Source: Octopus sinensis (lineage: Eukaryota). From it: DNA of 64,000 nt. The stretch lies in assembly GCF_006345805.1 (NCBI RefSeq), contig NC_043003.1, positions 55,428,001 to 55,492,000 of the forward strand, in the 5' to 3' direction. The notes under the pieces were generated by a model. The model ran no database searches, had not been told where the DNA came from, and saw only the letters and a list, made by a program, of their open reading frames with translations. Of the stretch, positions 54,255 to 64,000 are shown piece by piece (positions within the stretch are counted from its first letter, which is position 1; each line of letters begins with the position of its first letter). A program made the position numbers and the translations under genes.

Positions 54255-54804
54255 TATTTCTTTATTGCCCACAAGGGGCTAAATATAGAGGGGACAAACA
54301 AGGACAGGCAATGGGATGAAGTCGATTACAGCGACTCCAGTGCGTAACTGGTACTTATTTTATCGACCTCGAAAAGATGAAAGGCAAAGTCAACCTCGGC
54401 GGAATTTGAACTCACAACGTAACGGCAGACGAAATATCTATTTCTTTACTACCCACAAAAGGCTAAACACAGAGAAGGCAAACAAGGACAGACAAACGGA
54501 TGAAGTCGATTATATCGACCCCAGTGCGTAGCTGGTACTTATTTAACCGACCCCGAAAGGATGAAAAGCAAAGTCGACCTCGGCGGAATTTGAACTCAGA
54601 ACGTAACGGCAGACTAAATACCTATTTCTTTATTACCCACAAGGGGCTAAACACAGAGGGACAAACAAGGACAGACATAGGTATTAAGTCGATTATATCG
54701 ACCCCAGTGCGTAACTGGTACTTAATTTATCGACCCCGAAAGGATGAAAGGCAAAGTCGACCTCGGCGGAATTTGAACTCACAACGTAACGCAGACTAAA
54801 TACC
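54255..54804 (-). mobile_element. Three tandem headless SINE units, each starting at the target motif G(G/A)TATTT(A/C)GTCTGC
   Basis: Units 54804-54623, 54622-54439 and 54438-54255 (~182-184 bp each), every one ending in A(A/G)TAAAGAAATA. Confidence 0.92.
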
Positions 54805-55059
54805 AATCTTTATTGCCCACCGGGGGCCAAACATAGATATGGACAGTACAACTGATGGGATCAGTGAATCGATATGATTTTACATAAATGTGACATCAAA
54901 AATAAAATACAATACATAAAAATCGAATGGAATACACAGTACAAAAACAATACAAATGAAGCGATGATCAAGTTACGCTCCGATCCCACAAGCCCCGATC
55001 TACCGCTGATACCTTTTTATTTTTCCTTTTTTTTTTTTTTTTTTTTTTTCCTCGTCTAT

Positions 55060-58000
55060 TCACACGGTTCCTTGCACGCACAACACTCGTGCAACATACT
55101 TCCATCTCTTTTGGAACGTACACTCTGACAGACACCTCTTCTCCAGCCACAGTTTCCTTTTCAAATGAAAAGAAAAAAAGGATCGTAAATTGTCACCAGA
55201 GATAAAGTTGCCTGTCTTAATTCCTTTTATCCTAGTATTCCATACAGCCTCTTTTGCTATTGCTACAACCGTGAGAAAACAATTCTTACCTTCGTTCGTT
55301 AGAACTCCCGGTGGGTCAATTTTTATAATTGACTCAGTCGACAGCCGTACTCTTCCTTCGCCGGACAACAGATGTTCAGCATAAGCCCACATTTCAGTTA
55401 TCTCCGAACACTGAACAATAGCGTGAGGGACAGTTTCCCTGTCCCCACCGCATCTTGGACAGGTCGGCGACTGATGTTTACCATGTCTTGCGAGCTTATC
55501 CCAAACGGGCAAGGCACCTCTGTAGCATTGCCAGGTTAAGGACTTTTGGAAGTTGTCCAACGTTCTCAACCCGAATGTACGATGAAACAAGCTGTCCAGT
55601 TGAATAAATCCGAGACCTAGAGTCGACCCCAGGCCATCGTCGCATTCAGACTCTACCAACCCACTATATAAAATCCGTGTGGAACCCCCACCGCTGGCGT
55701 TGCCCGAGCGCCGGAACAGCAAGAGGGCCTTACGGCACTCTTTATGCCACTCACTCGACCTCGGTCTACGAGAACACCAGGCTTCCTGTTCGCAAAAACT
55801 CTTGAACTCAGGGAACATTTGTCTGGCCAGCGGAGACCACACCCGTTCACTATCCAGGAGAATCCAGAGGTGCCTCAAACTCAACGCATGTCTGCGCATC
55901 ATTAACCAAGGCATCCCTAAACCTCCATTTAAAGGCTTTTGACAGCAGACAGAGCGTTTCACAAGTGGCGACCTGCCCTTCCACAAAAAGCGAAAGAGCT
56001 GTCTCTCCAACCTGATCAACCACGAATCCGGACAGGGCACGACAGTCAGGCGGTAGGTAATGACCGATGCGATAAACACATTGGCCACTTCCGCCCTCCC
56101 TTTCAAGGATAGCCACCGCCAAGACCAAGTCTTGACTACTGCAGCCACCCTGCTCAATACCTCCGTCCAGTTCTTCTCTATCTGGAGGCCTGGTCCAAAC
56201 CAGACTCCCAGCAACTTAACCGGTCCCTCCGTCCAGCGCCTAACAACACTGTCTGAAGGCATCGACTTGCCAACCCAGGTGCCGAGCTGCAAGCCGACCG
56301 ACTTTTCCCGGTTAATCTTTGCTCCTGCTACCTCCTCGTAAGCCTCAATAGTCTTACCTACTTCACGTAGGCGTACCACTGTGGTTACACTGATAGTGAT
56401 ATCATCCGCGAAAGCCGTAACAAACTCCTCTAGTCCTGGTTCTCTCGGGATGTCACTCAACCTTTGCAGTAATGGCTCGAGAGCCATCACATACAAAAGT
56501 GGTGAAAGCGGACATCCTTGACGAACCGAGCGTCTGATGCAGAACGGCTTCGAAAGGAAACCGTTCACCCGAACTATCGAGTCAATGTTGTGGTACAAAG
56601 CGATAAACCACCTGAGGAAGCCAAGGCCCAGGCCAAACCGCGCAAGTACAGTCGCTAGGTATCGATGGTCAACCCTATCAAAAGCTTTAGACTGGTCCAA
56701 ATGCACCAATGCCCCACCTTTGCCAGATTTATTACCAAGCCTCTCTATGGTATATAGCGAATAAGATGGAGGGTATCCTGAATGGTTCTGCCTGGGATGG
56801 CACATGTCTGTGCCTCCCCGACTATACCATTCGCGACACGCGCCAACCTTTTTGCTAGAACCTTGGCCAAAATCTTCACTTCTGCGTTTAACAGAGTGAT
56901 GGGCCTGAAATTCTCTAGAACGTCCCCCTTGTCCGGGTCCTTTCTGACCAACGTCACTACTCCCCGGCGCACAGATCTGGGGATAAACCCATTCTGTTTC
57001 CAGTTCGCGTACACGTCAGTCAGTAGTTGCCCGAACAAGTCTGGCATACATTTATACAGCTCGTACGGAAGACCATCAAGTCCCGGTGACTTACCCGCTT
57101 TACAATCGGCCAAAGCCTCCATCACCTCCTCAAGTGTGATTGGCCCTTCGCAAGACTCCGCATCCGACCCCGAGAGGCACGGCAGCCCGGTAAGAAAGTC
57201 CTCGAGGGCTCTCCCACCACCAGGACCGCCGTCACCCCCGAACAGCTGGGCGAAGTACTCCCGAAAGACCTCACACATTTTCTCGGGTTCGTTTATCAAG
57301 ACACCATTTTGATTCGTCAAAGACCGAATAGAGGAACTATTTCCTTGCCGAGCTTCCACCACTCGGGCCCATCCAGCGGCTTTGATTCCTTCACTTCCCA
57401 TTGCACGTAACTTAGCTCTGGTAATACTTCCCATGTGGTGGGCTTCAAGATGCTGGTTTAACTCCAGTCTTTTCACCCTCGCTTGGTCTGTATTACCAGT
57501 CCTCCAGGCTTCTTCTAGTTCCTTAACTAGACCATCTCCTATTTTACGTCCCTTCTTAGCTAAACTTATGCTAAACCTAATAGACTCATATTTGATGGCT
57601 CTTTTTAGGGCGTACCACCATTTGTTATTAATGATGGTACCTGTTAATGCCCTCTGTATTAACATCTTGATCCGCTTTCTGTACTCCTCAATCGCCAAAA
57701 GGGACGTATTGAGTTTCCAGTAGCCAGATCCCTGTCTATGCAACTTATCTACCGTCAGTTTACAGGAACCATCTTGTGGTCACTGTAGCTGACTAGAAAA
57801 AACTGTGGACACTCAACTATGGACTTATCTTTTTCTCTAATTAAAATCCTATCTAGATATGTTCTGGTAGACCCGTCACTATTTGACCACGTCCACTGTG
57901 GAGTGTTCGGGTGCTCCAACCTATATGGATCTGCTAGCTGAAATTGACTTAGCAGATCCCGAAAGCCTGTGTTACATTTTCTGTTCATGTTCGAGTTTGA

Positions 58001-58459
58001 GCCAACACAATCTGTGTGTGCTGCACATATTGTATTAGAGTCTCCTAACACTACTAGTGAATGCGACGTGGCTAGGAACTTTCCTAGGCCACGAAAATAT
58101 TCAGTTTGCGGGCCAATAATGTTTGGTGCATAAATAGCGACCAGCCTGATTGTCTTGCCACAACTGAATGTCAAGTCGAGAACGACCAGCCTGCCTTCTG
58201 GGTCAAAAAACCAACTTTTTCTCGGCTACCCGGTTTCTTTTTAGTAGGACCAACACCCCACCCCCACCTCCCGCCCGACTCGGAAACAGAAACGTTTCTC
58301 GTAGCCGTTCAGGAGGGGGAGCAGATCTCTTGGCCCCTTCCGGGTTTCCGTTGCAACAATTACATCCAAATTTCTCGACCTGATGTCATTCAGAAAGCGT
58401 CCTTGCTTCCAGCTTGACAACAGGCCATGAACATTTAAACAACCAATGTGAATAGCCAT
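55060..58459 (-). pseudogene. LINE ORF2: APE endonuclease, reverse transcriptase, C-terminal CCHC (frameshifted as assembled)
   Basis: MAIHIGCLNVHGL..DVIVATET, IYAPN..LGDSN..TW..YLDR..SDH, GYWKLN, KSPGLDGLP, NFRPITLLN, LDQSKAFDRVDH, VRQGCPLSPLLY, FADD and CPRCGGDRETVPHAIVQC, spread over ORFs 58241-58462, 57755-58174, 56745-57743 and 55060-56805. Confidence 0.95.
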
Positions 58460-59990
58460 CACTTACCTGTTTAATTAGGATTGTCCGGTGGAGGGGGACC
58501 CTCCACCTTTTTTTATCCAGGGTCGGAGGTGGACGGTCTTGGGAAATAGATTTGTCAAAATCCCGTCTCACCACCGACACAGAATTATCAGGTGGAGGGG
58601 GAATCTCCACCTTTTCCTTTTCTCGCGGGATCGGAGCTGGTAATCCATGAAATATCGACTTGTTAAAATCTAATCTCAATGAAGATACAGTCTTTCTGTA
58701 CTTATTTTGTAGAATTCTATAAGTCTTATTTGAGACTTCATATATGTCGTAATTGATAAATTCCTCTGAAAGGTTATCAATTTTTTTACAGTCTTTATGA
58801 GTTGAATGTCTCTCATGAGCTCAGTATCTTTAGTGTATACGGCTATTATGCCTTTTTCTTCTTTTTCTCTTCTGGCAGTCTTTTTGGTCGTTGTTCTGTA
58901 GTAGTCGCCGCTCTCGGCTGGGTTGCTGGTTGTATTTTTCTTTTGTTTGTTGTTTTTTCTCATCTGTTTCTTCTTTATCTTCTTCCTCTTTGTCTTTTTT
59001 CTCCTCTTCCTCCTTCATTTCCTTGCAGTTCCTTCGAATGTGGCCTAATTGACCACATAAAAAAACATCGAGGTTTTCGGCCCTCAACAAACACCACGAG
59101 GTTCTCCTCCCCTACCTCAATTGTCTCAGGAATTGTTTGAATTATTTTAGGGTCCGCTTGAATGAGAAGATTAATTGTTTTACCATCCCAGCGTGGGTTT
59201 TCCGTAGCGGTAGCCTGGAGGAGAGTAATTTTTCTACCTCTTTGATTAGGACTGCCGCCAACAACCACATAGGTTCGACCTCTGGCGGGACCCTTGTAAT
59301 TTTTATTCGCGACGTCCTCATCCCCATATAATAGGGTATTAACTCCACGTCGTTCGTTTTCAACGTTTCCACTGAGTTCTTGTGTGCTATTTCTTTATTG
59401 GTGAACCTTACTTCCACCGTTCCGAATTTTTTTCCTCTTCTCAGAAATACTACGTCGCCCAATATTGGCTTTAAGTACTTTTCTATTTTCTCTTCTGACA
59501 TTCTTTCAATTTTTCTATTTTGTAGACAATATGTTTTGAAAATTATTGTTTTTTGCTTTTCTTCCTGTAATAACTTTTGCGGAGGTTCAATTTTCACACT
59601 GTTGTCATTTATTTCCATCATTTTGCTGTATTTCATAATTTCGCTTTTATTCGTCGACAGTATCTGGGTTCCACCCCCAGCAGCCAACGCAAAACTTTTT
59701 TTTCCATTTTTTGGTTCTATCTGGATGCTAGGCACATCAATTATTCTCTTCGACACAATGCCTTTGTTCTCTGGCAAAGTCGGGAACTCTTCTGGTGAAA
59801 GTTCTGACGAGCTCTCAGACACATCTCCAAAAATATCAAATATATTATCCTCTCTGCTATTCCTTCTTGTAGCGGGGGAAACCCCTATTTCCTTGTCTGT
59901 AGTTGGCTCCTCGCCGGACATGTATTTCCTCCTCTCAACAGGAGAAACAAGTATTTCTGCTCCAACGGTAGGCTCCATGCTAGACGACAT
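58440..59990 (-). pseudogene. LINE ORF1: gag-like nucleic-acid-binding protein with CCHC zinc knuckle (frameshifted as assembled)
   Basis: ATG at 59990 (MSSSMEP); ORFs 59142-60035, 58975-59268, 58830-59090 and 58676-58963; knuckle CFLCGQLGHIRRNC. 3' end uncertain. Confidence 0.85.
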
Positions 59991-60154
59991 TCTTCCCCCA
60001 AAGGGGGAATGAACAACGCGTGCTACCACAAGCACTAAGTGTTTTCAATTGAAAACTCCAACAGTTAAGTTATTCAACAGTTTAACAAGAACAACAGTTG
60101 TTAACAATATTAACACCACGAAACAGCAATTCTTACTTCACGAACACATGTGCG

Positions 60155-60197
60155 GCAGACTAAATACCGCTAAGCATTTCGTCTGCCAGCTTGCCGC
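60155..60197 (-). mobile_element. 5' part of the host SINE head
   Basis: GCGGCAAGCTGGCAGA-CGAAATGCTTAGCGGTATTTAGTCTGC, i.e. the family head with an internal ~17-bp deletion. Confidence 0.88.
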
Positions 60198-60865
60198 GTT
60201 GACAAATATATATAACTGTTAGACCGATCCAAAATCCTAGAAAATGGGGGGGGGGGTTTGTAAAATTTAATACATGAAAGTTTATAAATAAATGTGTGTG
60301 TGTGTGTGTGCGTGTGTGTGTTTGTTTGTGTAAAACCGACAAGAAGAAAATGTTAACAATGCAGACAACTGTCGAATGTGACAAAGAAAATATAGCACTA
60401 ATACAAAATTATCATGAAGTCATAAAAATGCTATATTGTTATTCCATTATGAAATAAATGTAAAATGATATACTGGATGTATTCTTTTATATTCGACTAA
60501 AGAAAAAAAAATGCATTTTTATTGTATTTATTTTGTTTATTCATTTTAAAATTGGACCTATTATGGGGACATTTGATCGCTCATTCTTTTTATTGTGTTG
60601 CTTTTCCTCCATTCGGGTCGATAAAATAAAGTATCTGTCAAGTACTGGGATCCTTGGTGTGGTACTTATTTATCTAAAATTTTCTGTTCTTGTACTTTAA
60701 TTAAAAGCAACAGCCTTTCAAAATTACTGCTTGTTATAACTTTAATATTTAATTGCATTTGATTTTTTATTTACTTGTCTTAATTGTTGAAGTGCGGCCT
60801 TGAAGGCAGAGCGATTCGACACCAGTAATTAAATCTATCTATCTCTCTCTCTCTATATATATATA

Positions 60866-61070
60866 ACGGGAAGCTTTATGAAAATAAACAAAAGACGAAG
60901 GCAGGTGGAATACAAACAAACAATTGTATTAGTATGGTGCTCAGGAATATAAATAAAACAAGTCTTTTACGTTTCGAGCCTACGCTCTTCAACAGAAAGA
61001 TACACAGAAAAGAAACACGGAGAGAAACAAGGAGAGAAAAAAAATGCGTGCAGAAGCTAGCGAATCAAAA
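60866..61070 (-). mobile_element. PLE-terminus-like repeat carrying a minimal hammerhead-like motif (60963-61000)
   Basis: Minus strand TCTTT-CTGTTGA-A-GAGC-GTAG-GCTC-GAAAC-GT-A-AAAGA: stems I and II pair perfectly, but core A6 is U. Confidence 0.65.
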
Positions 61071-61094
61071 AAAAAAAATATATATATATATATA

Positions 61095-61268
61095 TATACA
61101 GACACACGCGACAAATTCCTTTCAGTTTCCGTCTTTCAAACCCACTTACAAGGCTTGGCCTGGACCGTAGTTTATGGCATCTGTGCAAAGAGCCACGCAG
61201 TGAGACAGAACCAGCGACGTGAGGTTTGAAAACAAGCTTCGTACCACGCTGCCACACCAACGCCTATG
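61095..61268 (-). mobile_element. CORE-type SINE 5' half, degraded
   Basis: CTTTCAGTTTCCGTC..CCACTTACAAGGCTT..GCCACGCAGTGAGAC..CAAGCTT. Confidence 0.75.
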
Positions 61269-61717
61269 TGCATAAATTTTCTAATTACTTTTAATATTAT
61301 TTCAAATCCTTTTAAAACTTCTGAAATATACATTATATTTTTTGCTTGCATCCTATTTTATTTAATATATTAAGCTATTATATATTATACAAATACATTC
61401 GAATTTTGTTCCTCTTTGAACGCCATATCATGGAAAACAGTTAATTTAATACAAACAGAAGCCTGCAAGGTTGAATTTATATTTTGTCTTTTCGTCAAGA
61501 TGGAAGGTGTGCTCATAACATTTTTACAAGTTCACCAAAACAAATAGGTAGGAGGGGATATATCAAGAAACGAGAGACCCGACTCAAACTCTTTTAACAG
61601 AGTGCTTCGAAAAGCACCGAGGTTGCCTGTTAGTGGTGGGAAACAGGGCGAGAGAGCAGGTCTACTGTATTTGTGTGAGTGTGTCTCTATGCTCATGTAC
61701 GCATATGTATATCTACA

Positions 61718-61930
61718 CTGGTTTCAAATTTTGACACAAGAACAGTATTTGGGGGGGGGGGAATAAATCGATTACATCGATCAGCCCCCCTGCCCCGGTG
61801 CTCAACTGTTACTTACTTTATCGATCCGGAGAGGGATGAAAGGCAAAGTCGACCTCGACGGAATTTGAATTCGGAACATAAAGACGGACGAAATGACGCA
61901 TTTTGTTCACGGTTCTAACAGCTCGCCGCT
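61718..61930 (-). mobile_element. Nin/Deu-type SINE, older tail variant
   Basis: GGATGAAAGGCAAAGTCGACCTCGACGGAATTTGAA..AGCTCGCCGC. Confidence 0.85.
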
Positions 61931-62714
61931 GTATCTATACCTACATTAATCGATCAACGTGAATCTTCAGTCCTGGAAAGAAACTAGTTGCGTGGTACTC
62001 GAGAAGTCGCTCCACCTTCCACGAAGTTTTTTATGGGGACGGCCATTGTATAAATCTGGGATGCGAGATTGGGGTGGAAACTCAAGAGATACTTTGGACG
62101 ACGCACATCCTAGCGTTGCCACTTACTGGCAGACTACGAGCAAAGAAAGCGTCACTTGTTCTTTAGTGTGGCATCGGATTTGATTCTTAGACCAAATCAG
62201 AGTTTTAAACGGTTTAGACACCACAAAAGAGCTACCAAAGTAATGTACCTTCATAAACTCGGTTGACCTGTTAGAAATAGCAGATAGAAATTTAACCAAG
62301 TCACTCCATAATGTTACGAATGTGTAATTTATATATTACACCAGTACTTTACAAATTGTTTGACTATGTGGTGCAACGTCAAACAATTGGAGATCAAAGA
62401 AAAATTTACTGATGCAATGCGTATTTTAGGATGAAAAAAGAAAAATTAGGTAAGTGTAAAAAATGTTGCTTACCTTGTATTAATCATAGTTCTATGTAAT
62501 AAGACTTTGGATAACAGGTTTTTTGGAGACACAGATGTATAAGTGCAGTAAAACTAATTAGCATAGAGAAACTAATGCTTTAGCATATATTTTGTTAAGC
62601 CTCAAAATATATTTATTAAAATATGCGGCTCACGTTATCTATAAGCAAGAACCAGTATCTGTCTTGTGTTTGTGTACTTGTGTGTATGTATGTCAGTGTA
62701 TATGATGTGTGTGT

Positions 62715-62754
<40 letters not shown>

Positions 62755-62849
62755 TGTGTGTGTATGTCTGTGTGTGTGGTTTTGCAATCGTCAGTACGTA
62801 TAAGCATATAGGTAGAAATAGAGATAGCTAGAATAATATACATATAGTT

Positions 62850-63050
62850 AAGGTGGGAAGATAGAAGAATCGTTAATACGCCGGGCAAAATGCTGAGCGG
62901 CATTTCGAGACGTCTTGGTGTTCTGTATTAAATGTCGGCGATGTCGAATATGCCTTTAAATTTCTTTCGGAGTTGAGAAAATAAGTACTCGTAACGGACT
63001 TCACGCTTTCACAGCAATCGTTAGCCTTGTGCTAAAATTTGAAACCAATG
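62850..63050 (+). mobile_element. Nin/Deu-type SINE, degraded
   Basis: ATCGTTAATACGCCGGGCAAAATGCTGAGCGGCATTTCG..GCCTTGTGCTAAAATTTGAAACC. Confidence 0.7.
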
Positions 63051-63218
63051 TTGATATAGATATGCATACAGGCACATAGAGACACAGCTACAAACACACA
63101 CACACCATATATATATATAAATAAATTAAAAAATGGAGTCGAACGAAGATGTTAACACTGTGGTCACCATGTAGGCAATCATCAAAATTTTTTGTTCGTC
63201 TTGTGGCTGAGGGAGGCT

Positions 63219-63312
63219 CCTTATCTTTCCTGATGAGAAGATTGCATAATGCACCCTTTATTCCTTCGGAATAAAAGTATGCTGTCTTCGAAACATGTGT
63301 CGAGAGTAAAGG
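63219..63312 (+). ncRNA. Type I hammerhead ribozyme motif, GUC cleavage site
   Basis: Stem I CTTTC(63225-29)/GAGAG(63302-06), extendable; CTGATGA(63230-36); stem II GAAGA/TCTTC extended by GCATA/TATGC and TTTATTCC/GGAATAAA; GAAAC(63290-94); helix III AC-ATGT-GT; C63301. Confidence 0.8.
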
Positions 63313-63506
63313 AATTTTGTTAACATCTTCGTCCGACTCCATTCTTTCATTTATTCATATAAAAAACACACAAATTTCCACACAAGAACCCGGAGTTTCT
63401 ACCCTTGACAGGTCGCTTCAACCGTGTTTTCTGACATGAATTTGCTACTCAGGTATCGGTTAAACGAATTTTCCATGCTAGGATAATTCATTCACCTACT
63501 TATATA

Positions 63507-63553
<47 letters not shown>

Positions 63554-63559
<6 letters not shown>

Positions 63560-63802
63560 CGAAACAAGCAACAAGAATAACTTTGGTTTCGCACTACATC
63601 ATTTTATTAAATGTTGTAAGCATTACAACAGTTTTAAAATGCTGAGCACTCATCAGGTATTAATGGAAAACCTCTATTAATAGCTGATGAGTGTTCAGCA
63701 TTTTAAAACTGTTGTAATGCTTACAACATTTAATAAAATGATGTAGTGCGAAACGATCGTACCAAATTACCAAAGTTATTCTTGTTGCTTATTTTGATTA
63801 TA
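63554..63802. repeat. ~250-bp near-perfect palindrome containing a hammerhead core in the right arm
   Basis: 63587-63656 vs 63684-63753 pair at 69/70; outer 34-bp arms have 2 mismatches; the right arm has an extra GATCGTACCAAATT-type segment; left end abuts (TA)n. Confidence 0.93.
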
Positions 63803-63896
63803 ATCACCCCATGGATTTATATTGACAACACCATTCAAAATTCTGGTGCATCTAACTTAAGTACCATATTCATTTGAATCTAAATTTTGATGAACT

Positions 63897-64000
<104 letters not shown>

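Larger units (their letters stand above)
54805..60152 (-). mobile_element. Full-length Tx1/L1-clade LINE inserted in a SINE head, 14-bp TSD
   Basis: 5' UTR, ORF1, ORF2 and 3' UTR ending GTGGGCAATAAAGA-TT. Plus-strand GCAGACTAAATACC occurs at 54791-54804 and 60155-60168. SINE head lies on the 5' side and SINE body on the 3' side. Confidence 0.93.

Noticed and set aside
55020-55050. T-run taken as the LINE poly(A) end
   Set aside because: The TSD and SINE continuation place the true 3' end ~215 bp further on, at 54805.
61959-62183. 74-aa ORF in a GC-richer patch
   Set aside because: No recognisable domain or splice support.

Overview
Eukaryotic, AT-rich, repeat-saturated window. The SINE families and the very high (TA)n/(CA)n/(GATA)n load point to an octopod cephalopod (Octopus-like); this is an inference. 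No host protein-coding gene is recognisable: most ORFs in the track are translated microsatellites or transposon relics. Retroelements: a full-length 5.35-kb Tx1/L1-clade LINE (54805-60152, minus), a second Tx1-like ORF1 relic, CR1, RTE and Penelope relics, and two abundant tRNA-derived SINE families (CORE-type and Nin/Deu-type). DNA transposons: a TIR/TSD-bounded hATm-like element plus Buster-like, mariner and maT relics. Also a tRNA-Gln-like pseudogene and several hammerhead-ribozyme motifs. Top candidate for an undescribed system: the Tx1 LINE sits inside the head of a Nin-type SINE, with an exact 14-bp target-site duplication. Its 3' end matches that SINE's 3' tail, and SINE copies are stacked in tandem at the same target site. 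This suggests a SINE-targeting LINE with a self-targeting partner SINE. Second candidate: unrelated type I hammerheads with long structured stem II, two of them inside inverted repeats at 63.1-63.8 kb. Everything was read by eye; boundaries of degraded elements are approximate.
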